Shown one piece after another: positions 1 to 10,638 of a stretch of 64,000 nt of DNA. This DNA is from Microcoleaceae cyanobacterium (GTDB lineage Bacteria > Cyanobacteriota > Cyanobacteriia > Cyanobacteriales > Microcoleaceae), in assembly GCA_051652765.1 (NCBI GenBank), contig JBOFUV010000052.1, forward strand, positions 1-64,000. The letters run 5' to 3'. Within the stretch, counting starts at the first letter, position 1, and every line of letters starts with the position of its first letter. A program made the translations under genes and the position numbers. Under the pieces are notes generated by a model. It was given only the letters and a program-made list of their open reading frames with translations. It was not told the origin of the DNA and searched no databases.

Positions 1-2
1 AG

Positions 3-188
3 TTGCAACCTTCTGAGCAGCATATTCAAATTCATCAAGGAGTGGCAATCGTTTCAGTCCGAATGCAGTTGTCTGGTCGTTACAACGGCAGCCCTGCAAA
101 GGGTGATTTTCGTTTCACGCGAGTTTGGGCTGTCTCTTCAGATAGAACTTGGCAGATCGTCGCTGCTCATATCGGTATGGTGGCTTAA
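3..188 (+). CDS. NTF2-like / DUF4440 family protein, 5' part cut by window edge
   Basis: C-terminal pattern 'FRFTRVWA...WQIVAAH' is typical of DUF4440/SnoaL-like proteins; frame is open from the window start. Confidence 0.7.
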   Translation: MQPSEQHIQIHQGVAIVSVRMQLSGRYNGSPAKGDFRFTRVWAVSSDRTWQIVAAHIGMVA

Positions 189-217
189 TCGAGGGAAATT
201 CTAAGGGAAATTCTGAA

Positions 218-225
218 GCGATCGC
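218..225. repeat. HIP1 octamer GCGATCGC (first of many copies across the window)
   Basis: GCGATCGC recurs dozens of times in coding and non-coding DNA; hallmark of cyanobacterial genomes. Confidence 0.95.
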
Positions 226-230
226 AAAAT

Positions 231-271
231 TAATTTAATCCAGACTAATTTAATCCAGACTAATTTAATCC
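231..271 (+). repeat. 15-bp tandem repeat TAATTTAATCCAGAC x2.7 ending directly at the GNAT start codon
   Basis: Units at 231-245 and 246-260, partial unit at 261-271. Confidence 0.95.
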
Positions 272-769
272 ATGAAAGTTCGATCTGCCACTCCTAATGA
301 TGTATCTTTGATTCTCTCATTTATCCAAAAGAAATCAGAATTTGACCGAAACATTGGCGCATTCTCCGGCGTATTGCACGTCTCTGAAGACAAGATACAC
401 AAAACACTGTTTGGCATAATTCCCTTTTCTTACGTTTTATTTGCAGAGTTTTCAGGGCACGAGGTCGGCTTTGCACTTTATGGATTCAGGTACTCATCAT
501 TTGCAGGTCAGCCCAGTATTTGGCTCGATGATCTGTACGTGGACGACGAGAGGAGAAGTCAAGGGGCAGGAACATCACTCATGGCTCAACTGACTCAAAT
601 TGCCAAGGAAAATGACTGTACCCATCTTGCTTGGAATGCGGATGCTCGAAATACCCGTGGGCTGAGCTTTTATCGTCGGTTGGGTGCAGAAATTACTGAG
701 CAGCAGGGTAATCGATGTTTTTTGAGATGGGCTCCGTCAGGAAATGTACAATCAGTCCTCGCGATTTGA
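272..769 (+). CDS. GNAT family N-acetyltransferase (SSAT/diamine acetyltransferase-like)
   Basis: 'IWLDDLYV...RSQGAGTSLM' acetyl-CoA motif A and 'N..GLSFYRRLG' motif B. Confidence 0.9.
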   Translation: MKVRSATPNDVSLILSFIQKKSEFDRNIGAFSGVLHVSEDKIHKTLFGIIPFSYVLFAEFSGHEVGFALYGFRYSSFAGQPSIWLDDLYVDDERRSQGAGTSLMAQLTQIAKENDCTHLAWNADARNTRGLSFYRRLGAEITEQQGNRCFLRWAPSGNVQSVLAI

Positions 770-850
770 CCCTGAGAATTTCGGGATCTGAAATTCAGTC
801 CAACAATGTCAAAATGAGGATCAATAACCTTTGATGAAAAAGTTGGTATT

Positions 851-2167
851 GTGGCTTTCAAGATTGGTGTACTTGGACTTGGCACTGTTGGGACAGGAAC
901 CCTGCAAATTCTACTCAATCCGCAGGGAAGACAGCCCTTACTTCAAGAGATTACGTTGCATCGGGTGGGAGTCCGTTCCCTGGAAAAACCCCGTCAGGTT
1001 GAGTTGCCAGAGAACCTGTTGACAACTGACCTGGAAAGCATTGTTACCGATCCAGACGTTGATATTGTTGTCGAACTGATTGGAGGGTTGGAACCTGCCC
1101 GATCCCTAATTCTTAAGGCGATTGAAACCGGGAAACATGTTGTGACTGCCAACAAAGCCGTGATTTCTCGTTACAGCGATGAAATCTTCACCGCAGCAAA
1201 CGCTCAGGGCGTGTATGTCTTATTGGAGGCAGCAGTTGGCGGGGGAATCCCTGTCATTCAGCCGTTAAAGCAGTCCCTGGGAGCCAATCGAATTCATCAG
1301 GTGATGGGCATTGTCAATGGGACAACCAACTACATCCTCACCCGGATGCAACTGGAGGGAGCGGATTTTGCCGACGTGCTGGCCGAGGCTCAACAACTCG
1401 GCTATGCAGAAGCTGATCCCACAGCAGACATAGATGGGTTAGATGCGGCGGATAAAATTGCAATTTTATCCGCTCTGGCTTTCAATGGCCGGATCAAACT
1501 GGAAGATATTTACTGCGAAGGAATTCGAAATATCACGGCGACCGATATTGCTTATGCAACTCAATTGGGATTCGTGATTAAGTTACTGGCGATCGCCAAA
1601 CGGGACGACCAGGCCAACCTAGAAAATAGTTTGCTCTCAGTTCGAGTCCATCCCACCTTGGTTCCCAAGGATCACCCTCTCGCCAGCATCAACCATGTGT
1701 ACAATGCGATTTTGATTGAGGGAGAACCGATTGGACAGGTGATGTTTTTTGGGCCAGGAGCAGGAGCAGGCCCAACGGCGAGTGCGGTCGTTTCTGACAT
1801 TCTCAATATTGCGGCCATCCTTAAAGCTCAGACATCTAGTCTTGCAGGCAGTAAGGTAATGCATCCGTTAATGGGTTGTATGCATCAGGATTACTGCAAG
1901 ATGACCCCTCTGGAGGATCTGAGAACCCGGTTCTACGCCCGATTTATTACTCAGGATTGTCCAGGGGTAATTGGCAAGCTTGGGACTTGTTTTGGCAACC
2001 ATGACGTGAGCCTTGAATCCATTGTCCAAATTGATTCTCACGGCGAGTTGGCAGAAATTGTTGTTGTCACCCATAATGTGCGGGAAGGCAACTTCCACCA
2101 AGCCCTAGGGGAGATGAAACATTTGGCTGTTGTTGTAGGAATTCCCAGTTTTTTGAGAGTGTTATAA
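851..2167 (+). CDS. hom: homoserine dehydrogenase with C-terminal ACT domain
   Basis: GLGTVG Rossmann motif, VVTANK, EAAVGGGIP, NGTTNYIL, GYAEADP, GAGAGPTASAV; GTG start. Confidence 0.97.
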   Translation: MAFKIGVLGLGTVGTGTLQILLNPQGRQPLLQEITLHRVGVRSLEKPRQVELPENLLTTDLESIVTDPDVDIVVELIGGLEPARSLILKAIETGKHVVTANKAVISRYSDEIFTAANAQGVYVLLEAAVGGGIPVIQPLKQSLGANRIHQVMGIVNGTTNYILTRMQLEGADFADVLAEAQQLGYAEADPTADIDGLDAADKIAILSALAFNGRIKLEDIYCEGIRNITATDIAYATQLGFVIKLLAIAKRDDQANLENSLLSVRVHPTLVPKDHPLASINHVYNAILIEGEPIGQVMFFGPGAGAGPTASAVVSDILNIAAILKAQTSSLAGSKVMHPLMGCMHQDYCKMTPLEDLRTRFYARFITQDCPGVIGKLGTCFGNHDVSLESIVQIDSHGELAEIVVVTHNVREGNFHQALGEMKHLAVVVGIPSFLRVL

Positions 2168-2186
2168 AAATTGGGGTTGTGCCATC

Positions 2187-2247
2187 AAGTTTTGCAAGTA
2201 AGTTTTGCAAGTAAGTCTTGCAAGTAAGTCTTACAAGCAAGTTTTGC
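2187..2247 (+). repeat. 13-bp tandem repeat AAGT(T/C)TTGCAAGT x4.7 downstream of hom
   Basis: Units start at 2187, 2200, 2213, 2226 and 2239; further two-copy 15-mers near 2327-2357 and 2388-2418. Confidence 0.9.
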
Positions 2248-2530
2248 CATCAAAGTCAGGTGGGGCAAAATCCCCCTGGTAATCGGCAAACTAACAAAAC
2301 AAGTTGTGAGTCATCGCAGCCGACGTTTCATAACACCTCGGGTTATAACACCTCGGGATTTTGTAAGACAGTTTTTAATAATGAATGCATTGAAGGTGAA
2401 TACATTAAAGGTGAATACAAGTTTGAGAGAAACTTGCTAGACGATAGGATTTAGCGTACAACTTGCCACCTGGTTCTGATACCCTGGTAAGTTGTCGATC
2501 TTAGGCACAGACTCTTCACGGAGCGGGGTT

Positions 2531-4507
2531 ATGAATGGGTTTCTCAGACAGGTTCAATCACTTTTTTTGTTCCCAAAAAACTTCTCAAAATTAGTAATAG
2601 AGCGCTTTTCTCGTCGGGCAGCAGGTTTGGTGTGTTGGCTGCTATTGGGATTTGCCGTGGCTCAGGTTCACGCTGTTTCTGTCCCAACCCCTGAGCACCC
2701 TCCAATTCGCATTGACTCAGCGCCAACCTACCCTTCCCCCCAAGTTTCTCAAGCGGTTCAGGATTTTCTTAACCAAGCTCAACCGACCTTGGACAATGTC
2801 GCTCAGTCTGATACCCGAATCCAAAGTGAAGAAATTCTCAATCGGGTTCAGTTTGGTCTGGCCGAACTCTCCCAATCTGCTGCTGACAACCCCGATCTAC
2901 AGGTCTTGCTCAACCAAACTCAGTCCACCCTGGCAGAGCGCAAAACACTATTTTGGCAACGGCTGAATAGCCTGGGCGAGCGGTTGCAGGCGATTCGGAG
3001 TCAGGATGTTGACCTTGAGCAAAAACTGCAACATGTGAGTCAAGCGTTACAATCTCCTGCACCCATCGTTGAATCCCTGGAGCTAGCAAACTTATCGACC
3101 CTATCCCAAGCCAGCTTTGCCAATTCACATCCCATTACCCATCAACGGGAATTTCGGGGCGTTTGGGCAGCTTCTGTGGTGAATATTGATTGGCCCTCTA
3201 AAGCGGGTTTACCTGTCACCCAACAGAAGTTTGAACTTTTGGCCCTGTTGAATCGGATGACCGAGCTGAACTTGAACGCCCTGGTCTTGCAAATCAGACC
3301 AAATGGCGATGCCCTCTATGCCTCTACCATTGAACCCTGGAGCAGTTGGCTGACAGGAACCCAAGGCAAACCCCCTGAACCCTATTACGACCCGCTGCAA
3401 TTTGCGATTGAAGAGTGCCACAAGCGCAATATTGAACTTCATGCCTGGTTCAATCCTTATCGGGCTCGGCTGAAGCGTGAAACCTCTCCCTTTGCGGCCA
3501 ATCACATGGCGGTGCAATATCCGCAATATGCCTACCGTTATGGGGATCTCATCTGGATGGACCCAGGAGCCAGGGAAATTCAGGAGCGCACCTATCAGGT
3601 CATTCTAGATGTAGTCCAGCGCTACGACGTAGATGGGATTCACCTGGATGACTATTTTTATCCCTATCCGGTCGCTGGAGTTGATTTCCCTGATTCTCAA
3701 ACCTATGGGGCCTATCGAGCCGCTGGAGGAACGTTATCCTTGGCAGATTGGCGACGACAGAATGTTAACGTCATGATTCAGCAGATTGCCAATGGCATCA
3801 AGAGCATTAAGCCTTATGTCAAGTTTGGTATTAGCCCCTTTGGAATCTACCGTCCAGGTCAGGCTCCTGGGATTGAAGGAATGGATCAATACAGTGCAAT
3901 TTACGCTGACGTTAAGCTCTGGATGGAGCAAGGCTGGGTTGACTACCTTGCGCCTCAATTGTATTGGCCCATTGATCCTCCTCAGCAAAGCTACCCCGTG
4001 TTGCTGAACTGGTGGTTGGGTCACAATCCCGTCGGACGACATATCTATACCGGGAACTTTCTGAGCAAAATTAATACTGAATGGCCAATTTCAGAAATTG
4101 AGCGTCAGGTTGCGATTTCTCGCCAAGGCGCAGGCAAATTGTCCCTGGGGAATATATTCTTTAGCATGAAAGTTTTCCGGGATAATTCCAAAGGAGTCAA
4201 CGAAGTGTTTAAGACTTCGGTATATCCTTCTCCAGCTTTAGTTCCACCGATGCCCTGGCTGGATAACACTCCGCCAGATCCGCCCACTGGAGTCCAGGCT
4301 AGTGCAGGGATTCTGACTTGGAATCCGCCCAACTCTACAGAAACTCGCTCCTGGGCCTTGTATCAACTGATGGGGAATACATGGGCTTTGCGCCAAGTTT
4401 TCAACGTTGATACCACTGCTGTGCGAGTAGCGCCGGGAACCTATGCCATCCGAGCCGTAGATCGCATGGCCAATGAAAGTGCGGAACAGGTTGTGCTCGT
4501 TCAGTAA
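2531..4507 (+). CDS. glycoside hydrolase-like family 10 (GHL10/DUF187) protein with N-terminal helical extension
   Basis: 'REFRGVWAASVVNIDWPS', 'ELHAWFNPYR', 'YDVDGIHLDDYFYPYP', 'DYLAPQLYW'; hydrophobic signal-like segment; start uncertain (2492 TTG or 2531 ATG). Confidence 0.9.
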   Translation: MNGFLRQVQSLFLFPKNFSKLVIERFSRRAAGLVCWLLLGFAVAQVHAVSVPTPEHPPIRIDSAPTYPSPQVSQAVQDFLNQAQPTLDNVAQSDTRIQSEEILNRVQFGLAELSQSAADNPDLQVLLNQTQSTLAERKTLFWQRLNSLGERLQAIRSQDVDLEQKLQHVSQALQSPAPIVESLELANLSTLSQASFANSHPITHQREFRGVWAASVVNIDWPSKAGLPVTQQKFELLALLNRMTELNLNALVLQIRPNGDALYASTIEPWSSWLTGTQGKPPEPYYDPLQFAIEECHKRNIELHAWFNPYRARLKRETSPFAANHMAVQYPQYAYRYGDLIWMDPGAREIQERTYQVILDVVQRYDVDGIHLDDYFYPYPVAGVDFPDSQTYGAYRAAGGTLSLADWRRQNVNVMIQQIANGIKSIKPYVKFGISPFGIYRPGQAPGIEGMDQYSAIYADVKLWMEQGWVDYLAPQLYWPIDPPQQSYPVLLNWWLGHNPVGRHIYTGNFLSKINTEWPISEIERQVAISRQGAGKLSLGNIFFSMKVFRDNSKGVNEVFKTSVYPSPALVPPMPWLDNTPPDPPTGVQASAGILTWNPPNSTETRSWALYQLMGNTWALRQVFNVDTTAVRVAPGTYAIRAVDRMANESAEQVVLVQ

Positions 4508-4545
4508 TTGCTGGTTCAGTGAGTTATTCAGTAAGTTATAAAGAT

Positions 4546-4564
4546 GGGCGAGGTGACCTCGCCC
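4546..4564. terminator. GC-rich hairpin between convergent genes (terminator or REP-like)
   Basis: GGGCGAGG-TGA-CCTCGCCC perfect 8-bp stem abutting the hemW stop codon. Confidence 0.6.
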
Positions 4565-5935
4565 TTACATCAAAAGGGGTTCGGAGGAGTTGACCTGAAC
4601 ACTCCCATCCTCAAAATTGCTGAATTGATGAAATAAACTGGCTAGAACTGTGTTTGAAAATAGAAACCCTTCTGGATCAGTGAGCCGAATCTTGCCTGAA
4701 TAGGTCATAGGTTTGTCCCCCGTTAACTCTGGTTCTCTCCCTGAAATATCTACTAAGGAACTTCTTGCGAAAGGTTTGCCTTCTACCTCCAGGCACTCAA
4801 CCCACCCTTTCTGGTGATAAGGGTCTAGGCAAGTTAAAATCTGCTCGACTGTTTTCTCGCCAAAGTCTTGAGCAAGCGCAAATAGATTCAACCCTTCTGA
4901 TAGTCGTAATCCCAACATTAACGTTTCTAGCAACCGATCCTGAGGTGACCCCACCCACTCTGCCCCAGCTAGCCGATCCCCTGCCTCTACCCAGTCAAAA
5001 TAGAGTTGGGTTTGGCGTGGTCGGATTAGGCGATCGCCTTGGAGGTGACTAGCGGCTCCCATCCCAAAGCCGTAATATTGAAAGTTATGCCAATAGACCA
5101 AGTTATGACGACAGTGATACCCAGGTTTGGCGTAGTTAGACACTTCATAGTGGTGATATCCTGCTTGGGTTAAGGTCTGTTGAGCCAAACAATACATTTG
5201 GGCTGTCATTTGATCGCTGGGGAGGGGGGATTCTCCCGGTTGATAAGACCGTCCGAAGGCAGTCACAGGCTCTACAATCAAGTCATAGTGAGACAGGTGC
5301 GGGGGGGCGATCACCAGAGCTTTCTCCAGGGATGCTTGCCAATGTTCTAGAGTTTGGGTGGGGAGACCTGAAATTAAATCCAAGCTGAAATTAGATATCC
5401 CAACCTGATGAATCAGATCAAGCGCGGTATAAATTTCAGCAACCGTGTGGGAACGCCCACACAGTTGAAGCAACTCATCCTGAAACGCTTGCACTCCTAG
5501 GCTCACTCGGTTAATTCCGGCTTGGATGAATCCCTGTAGTTTTTCCTGATCAAATGTTCCTGGGTCGATTTCAATTGAGATTTCTGCATCCCGTGCAATC
5601 CCAAACCGTTGGTTAAGTGTGGTCAGAATCTGGTTCAACTGCCCAACAGACAGCAAAGACGGGGTTCCTCCGCCGAAAAAAATGGTCTGTAACCCTGTTA
5701 TATGGTTCAGTTCTTGAGGAATGTCTTGACTCCCTTCCTGACGAATCTCCTGACATAAAACATCCACATACCGTTGAATCGGACTGAAATTCTCGCCGTG
5801 CCTGCGATCGCCCACCACAGACACTGCAAAGTCACAGTAGTAGCAGCGACGACGACAGAAGGGAATGTGTATATAAGCAGATGTTGACACTGGGTTTGGC
5901 AGCGGTTTTGGCAGGGAAGGCTCGTTGAAATTCAC
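4565..5935 (-). CDS. hemW: radical SAM heme chaperone HemW (HemN-like)
   Basis: 'SAYIHIPFCRRRCYYCDF' CxxxCxxC motif, GGGTPS, 'YEVSNYA...HNLVYW'. Confidence 0.92.
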   Translation of the reverse strand: MNFNEPSLPKPLPNPVSTSAYIHIPFCRRRCYYCDFAVSVVGDRRHGENFSPIQRYVDVLCQEIRQEGSQDIPQELNHITGLQTIFFGGGTPSLLSVGQLNQILTTLNQRFGIARDAEISIEIDPGTFDQEKLQGFIQAGINRVSLGVQAFQDELLQLCGRSHTVAEIYTALDLIHQVGISNFSLDLISGLPTQTLEHWQASLEKALVIAPPHLSHYDLIVEPVTAFGRSYQPGESPLPSDQMTAQMYCLAQQTLTQAGYHHYEVSNYAKPGYHCRHNLVYWHNFQYYGFGMGAASHLQGDRLIRPRQTQLYFDWVEAGDRLAGAEWVGSPQDRLLETLMLGLRLSEGLNLFALAQDFGEKTVEQILTCLDPYHQKGWVECLEVEGKPFARSSLVDISGREPELTGDKPMTYSGKIRLTDPEGFLFSNTVLASLFHQFSNFEDGSVQVNSSEPLLM

Positions 5936-6003
5936 AGGCTGAAATCAGAAAAAATTCTGTAGGATAGATTCAGAGATAAGTTTAGGGTAACGTATACAGT
6001 AAG

Positions 6004-6279
6004 CTAATCGTCTGAAATCAATTTTGGTAAAGTCAACTCATCTGAAATTTCAATAATCGCTTGAATCACAGGTCTGACCACCAGATTTTCATCGCTCTCA
6101 AAGAGTTCTGCTTTGATCCGTTGAGCCCGACGAGCAACCTGTACAGAGACTTGATAGCGATTGGGTGAAGATTGAATTAACTTTTCGGCTCGACTATGTA
6201 GTTCATAGGTGCTCATTTTTCTAGCTGTTTTAGACGTAAATTGAGAGTGGTTATTTGAGTAGTCATTTGAGTTGAGCAT
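6004..6279 (-). CDS. rpoZ: RNA polymerase omega subunit homolog (divergent)
   Basis: 'RAEKLI...NRY.VSVQVARRA...RPVIQAIIEISDEL..P' resembles cyanobacterial omega; GGAGG RBS before ATG at 6279 (alternative start 6216). Confidence 0.8.
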   Translation of the reverse strand: MLNSNDYSNNHSQFTSKTARKMSTYELHSRAEKLIQSSPNRYQVSVQVARRAQRIKAELFESDENLVVRPVIQAIIEISDELTLPKLISDD

Positions 6280-6463
6280 AGTGAACTTCCCTCCAGAGTT
6301 TCTGTCCTTGAACAGATTAGATTTGAACAAGACCTAGAATAATTGACTACTCGATTTAGAACTTCACCAAAGTAGGTGAATTTAATCTCCCCCAATTGCC
6401 TGAACTAAGACTGTCAAATCCTGAATTTGTACCGATTAAAACTCTATAGATTAACCCTTAAAC

Positions 6464-8242
6464 GTGTCTAAAGTTATTTCGTCTAAGTCCCCGCTTGCTC
6501 GATTAATTCAATATTCTCACCGCCATCGTCCTCGAATTTGGCTGGCTTCGGCCTGTTCAGTGCTGAATAAAATTTTTGATTTAGCCCCGCCGGTTTTAAT
6601 TGGTGCCGCTGTAGATGTTGTTGTCAACCAACAAGATTCTTTTATTGCCAGTTGGGGAGTGAAAAATGTCGTGGTTCAACTGTGGATATTATCGTTTTTA
6701 AGCTTAATTATCTGGGGATTGGAATCTGCCTTTGAATATGCTTACAAGTTATTGTGGCGTAATCTAGCCCAAACCATTCAACATGAGTTGCGGTTGGATA
6801 CTTACAGTCATCTACAAGACCTAGAATTAGCCTACTTTGAAGACAGTAGTACAGGCAGTTTGATGTCAATTTTGAATGATGATGTCAATCAGCTCGAACG
6901 ATTTTTAGATGTTGGAGCCAATGAAATTTTACAGGTGATTACTACTGTTTTAGTGGTGGGAGGTGGTTTTTTTATTGTGGCTCCCCGTGTGGCTTGGTTA
7001 GCCATGTTACCCATGCCATTTATTGTTGTGGGATCTTTACTGTTTCAGAATCGGCTAGCTCCTCGCTATGCAGATGTCCGGGAAAAAGTTGGTTTACTGA
7101 ATGGTCAGTTGTCCAATAATTTAACCGGAATTACAACAATAAAAAGTTTCACGGCTGAAGCCCATGAAATTCAACGCATTCAACAGCATAGTGAAGCTTA
7201 TCGACAAAGTAACCGACGGGCGATCGCTTTGTCTTCCGCATTTGTTCCCCTGATTCGGATTATTATTCTATTTGGCTTTATCGCCACCTTACTGTTAGGA
7301 GGATTGGAGGCGATCGCAGGGCGCTTAGCTGTTGGAACCTATAGCGTTTTAGTCTTTATTACCCAGCGTTTACTCTGGCCTCTGACACGACTTGGAGAGA
7401 CCTTTGATCAGTATCAAAGGGCAATGGCTTCGATTCACCGGGTGATGAATCTACTAGATACGCCGATTGAAATTCATTCGGGGAATATTGCCTTGCCTGT
7501 TGCCTCTATTCAAGGAGAAATTGCAATTCAAAATATTACTTTTGCCTATCGAAATCGGGTTCCTGTGATTCAAAATTTATCCCTAGAAATTCCGGCTGGG
7601 AAAACGATTGCAATTGTAGGGTCTACAGGTTCAGGCAAGAGTACGTTAGTGAAGTTGTTGCTGCGCCTCTATGAAGTTCAATCAGGTGTGATCACGTTAG
7701 AAGGTATAGAAATTAATCAATTACAACTTCATGATTTAAGGGGAGCGATTGGACTGGTGAGTCAAGACGTATTTCTATTCCATGGAACTGTGGCTGAAAA
7801 TATCAGTTACGGGACTTTTGATGCAACTTTAACAGAAATTATTGAAGCAGCAAAAGTTGCAGAGGCTGATGATTTTATCCATGAATTACCTCAAGGTTAT
7901 GACACTATTGTCGGGGAAAGAGGGCAAAAGCTATCTGGAGGACAACGCCAACGGATTGCGATCGCGAGAGCCGTTTTGAAAGATCCACCAATCTTAATTC
8001 TGGATGAAGCGACTTCATCGGTTGATAATGAAACTGAAGCGGCCATTCAACGATCTTTAGAAAAGATTACGCAAAACCGCACAACTATTGCGATCGCTCA
8101 TCGCTTATCCACGGTTCGCTATGCTGACTGTATTTATGTGATGGAAAAAGGGAGCCTGGTTGAACAGGGAAAACATGAAGAATTGCTCAAATATCAGGGC
8201 GTTTATGCAGGCTTGTGGCGGGTTCAATCTGGATTGCGTTGA
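6464..8242 (+). CDS. ABC exporter, fused TMD + NBD (MsbA/MdlB-like)
   Basis: N-terminal TM helices, Walker [18 protein letters not shown] signature, ILDEATS. Confidence 0.95.
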   Translation: MSKVISSKSPLARLIQYSHRHRPRIWLASACSVLNKIFDLAPPVLIGAAVDVVVNQQDSFIASWGVKNVVVQLWILSFLSLIIWGLESAFEYAYKLLWRNLAQTIQHELRLDTYSHLQDLELAYFEDSSTGSLMSILNDDVNQLERFLDVGANEILQVITTVLVVGGGFFIVAPRVAWLAMLPMPFIVVGSLLFQNRLAPRYADVREKVGLLNGQLSNNLTGITTIKSFTAEAHEIQRIQQHSEAYRQSNRRAIALSSAFVPLIRIIILFGFIATLLLGGLEAIAGRLAVGTYSVLVFITQRLLWPLTRLGETFDQYQRAMASIHRVMNLLDTPIEIHSGNIALPVASIQGEIAIQNITFAYRNRVPVIQNLSLEIPAGKTIAIVGSTGSGKSTLVKLLLRLYEVQSGVITLEGIEINQLQLHDLRGAIGLVSQDVFLFHGTVAENISYGTFDATLTEIIEAAKVAEADDFIHELPQGYDTIVGERGQKLSGGQRQRIAIARAVLKDPPILILDEATSSVDNETEAAIQRSLEKITQNRTTIAIAHRLSTVRYADCIYVMEKGSLVEQGKHEELLKYQGVYAGLWRVQSGLR

Positions 8243-9672
8243 GTGCAGAAATCTTGGTGTGCCGTGCCATTAATCCCACTAAGAAGTAACCATCCTAAGG
8301 TATTCACTCTCAAATCAAACAGAGTCACGTCAAATAAATTAAACAGGGTTAATGCGGTAAATGCCGTTAAATAACTCAATATAACCAGACGATTTTCAGA
8401 GTTCCCCAACCCAGTGATCCAAGCCTTGATTGCTCTGACCAAAATCCATCCAACCAGACTAGAAAATAACACTGTAATCGGAATGCCAACCTCAGCTATC
8501 ATCATCACAAACAAATTGTGGGGATGCCCCAGCCAAACCTTCATTTGTGCTTCGTAAAGGGGAGTAAAATTTCTCAAACCCCATCCTGTCCAAGGGCGAT
8601 CCTGAGATAAATTCCAGGCAAATTTCCATTGGGTTATCCGCAGGATTTCGACAGGGCGATCAAAGTTTTGATCCGTTAGTCGCTGCCAAAAATAAGCTGG
8701 AATAATTGTGCGTAAAGGTTGATGAATCGGAGCAGGGGCAAAGGCAGCACCAAAGGTTAAAATAACGATTGCAATGACCAATTGAAGTAACCAATTCCAA
8801 CCCAGATAGACTGCATAGGTGAGTCCAATAAAAACAGCCAATCCCCAGGCATTTCGGGAGTGGGTTAAAATCAATCCGATGCCAGTAATAATCACAGCAA
8901 CTCCCCAAAAAAGAGTTGGCAGATACTTGAGTTTTGACCTGAGAATTGCACTTGACTTTTTCTGATCTTGAGATAAGGTTTTGGGTAAATTTTGAGATCG
9001 TGATTGTTGCAGTAAAGCTTGTTCCAGTAAGGGTTGGTTTGATAAGGGTTGTTTGAGTAAATATTGGTTTGATAAAGTTTGGTTTGATAAAGTTTGTTCT
9101 AGTAATAATCCTAAGCTCAAGCTGAATACAACCACCAAATAAGCGGCTAATATATTCGCATACATGAACACTGTAGACATGCGACCGGAAGGATTGCCAC
9201 CGGGTTCTAGAACCCAACCCAAAATTTCGTGAAGCAGTTCTACACCCGACCAATTCAAAAACAGTTGACCCAGTCCTAATAGAATAATTAAAACTGCAGG
9301 AATAATGATTAATCTAGCCAAGTGTCGCAGTTGATTGGGCGTTTGAATTAAAACACTTAAACCAGCAAAGACCAGGAAATAAGGAATAAAATTCAACAAT
9401 CCCACAAAGGCTGTTGCAGGACTAACTGACCCACAACTGACTAGGGCCAATAACAAACTTAAACTAGCTAATCCCTGATTAACAGGTTGGCGAATAATAC
9501 TTCTAAACCGTTGCTTCAAGGTCATCAAAACCCCTAGAACAATTAAAACTCCTCCCCAAGTTGGCAATAGGAAAAAGATAAAAACTCCAACTTGAATACA
9601 GTTCCAAGCTGCTTGAAGCGAATGCTCAGGATGGGGAGTCAGGAGGAATCGTCTCAGGGAAATCTTTCCCAC
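8224..9672 (-). CDS. O-antigen ligase (Wzy_C) family membrane protein
   Basis: Multi-TM; 'LTHSRNAW', '[11 protein letters not shown]', 'HPHNLF' motifs; 3' end overlaps the ABC gene by 19 bp. Confidence 0.88.
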   Translation of the reverse strand: MGKISLRRFLLTPHPEHSLQAAWNCIQVGVFIFFLLPTWGGVLIVLGVLMTLKQRFRSIIRQPVNQGLASLSLLLALVSCGSVSPATAFVGLLNFIPYFLVFAGLSVLIQTPNQLRHLARLIIIPAVLIILLGLGQLFLNWSGVELLHEILGWVLEPGGNPSGRMSTVFMYANILAAYLVVVFSLSLGLLLEQTLSNQTLSNQYLLKQPLSNQPLLEQALLQQSRSQNLPKTLSQDQKKSSAILRSKLKYLPTLFWGVAVIITGIGLILTHSRNAWGLAVFIGLTYAVYLGWNWLLQLVIAIVILTFGAAFAPAPIHQPLRTIIPAYFWQRLTDQNFDRPVEILRITQWKFAWNLSQDRPWTGWGLRNFTPLYEAQMKVWLGHPHNLFVMMIAEVGIPITVLFSSLVGWILVRAIKAWITGLGNSENRLVILSYLTAFTALTLFNLFDVTLFDLRVNTLGWLLLSGINGTAHQDFCTQRNPD

Positions 9673-9676
9673 GGGT

Positions 9677-10540
9677 TTAAACCATCTCCCATTCCAACTC
9701 GGCGCGGGTTAGGCGAATCTGAGCCAGAGCAAAAATCATCGGAATAATTCGGCTATAGCTCGTTGAAATCGTTCGCCAGCTTACATCTGCCAAAAACCAT
9801 GTCCACAGGACTGGGCCAAGAAATGCAAAAACGCTGCGGGTTGCGCCATAGCGGGCCGCACTAATCGCCATCCCTCGCTGGGCCATTTGTGCCGTGACAT
9901 GGTTTTGCATCTGAGTTGCGGCGATCGCCCCACCTTGAACCATGGCCTGCTTGGCAACCTGATACTTGGCAAACTGCAAGGCAAACTGACGGGCAAGCTG
10001 TTGTAAGATAATCGGGCGCAAAATCGAACCTACAGCAAGTGCGCCCCCTGCCTTGAACAGAAAGCCCAAGGGATCTTTCTCAAGGGAGATCGGCAGGGGT
10101 TTGGTTGCGCCAAATTTTGCTAACGCATTCTGCACACCTTGAACCAAAGCTGCTTGTTCAGAACTGGGTAGCCGTTTCCAGGCTCGACCCAACAAGAAGA
10201 GAAAAATTTCTGCCTCTAAATCAGTGGTTGACAAGGTTTTGGAGTAGGAAATCTTCAGGTGACGGCAGACCTGACTCAGCGCCTGACGGTAGGTGACTTG
10301 ATGGGTACAGCCTCGTAGAACCGTTAAACCATCCGCTGCGAGATACCGAAACCGATCCTCTAAAGCATCTAGCCATGCTTCTTGATCTAGGCCCTGGATA
10401 TCCATGGGATCAGGGGTATTGATGTAGTCCAAGGGGTTGAACCGACGGCTGAACAGCAGCTCTGTCAATTGCTGCAGTTCGTCTTCTGTGGCCAATTCCA
10501 GCGCAGTTCTCAGTTCATCCAATGTTGATAGCCTCCTCAC
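9677..10540 (-). CDS. YaaW family protein
   Basis: 'ALELATEDEL', 'RFRYLAADG.TVLRG', 'RIIP.IFALAQIRL' are typical of cyanobacterial YaaW. Confidence 0.8.
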   Translation of the reverse strand: MRRLSTLDELRTALELATEDELQQLTELLFSRRFNPLDYINTPDPMDIQGLDQEAWLDALEDRFRYLAADGLTVLRGCTHQVTYRQALSQVCRHLKISYSKTLSTTDLEAEIFLFLLGRAWKRLPSSEQAALVQGVQNALAKFGATKPLPISLEKDPLGFLFKAGGALAVGSILRPIILQQLARQFALQFAKYQVAKQAMVQGGAIAATQMQNHVTAQMAQRGMAISAARYGATRSVFAFLGPVLWTWFLADVSWRTISTSYSRIIPMIFALAQIRLTRAELEWEMV

Positions 10541-10638
10541 CCGTTCACTCTGTATTTACTTTCCATTCTATAGCTTTGAATTTATAACTTTGAATAACCG
10601 CGAATTTGGATGGGGATGTTCTATTGCCCATCATAAGG

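Noticed and set aside
2187..2420. Possible CRISPR array (also 16055-16110, 54866-54912, 59170-59225)
   Set aside because: Units are 12-15 bp and head-to-tail with no unique spacers; no cas genes in the window
2218..2454. 78-aa ORF between hom and the GHL10 gene
   Set aside because: Its sequence is generated largely by tandem repeats, it has a TTG start and no recognisable domain
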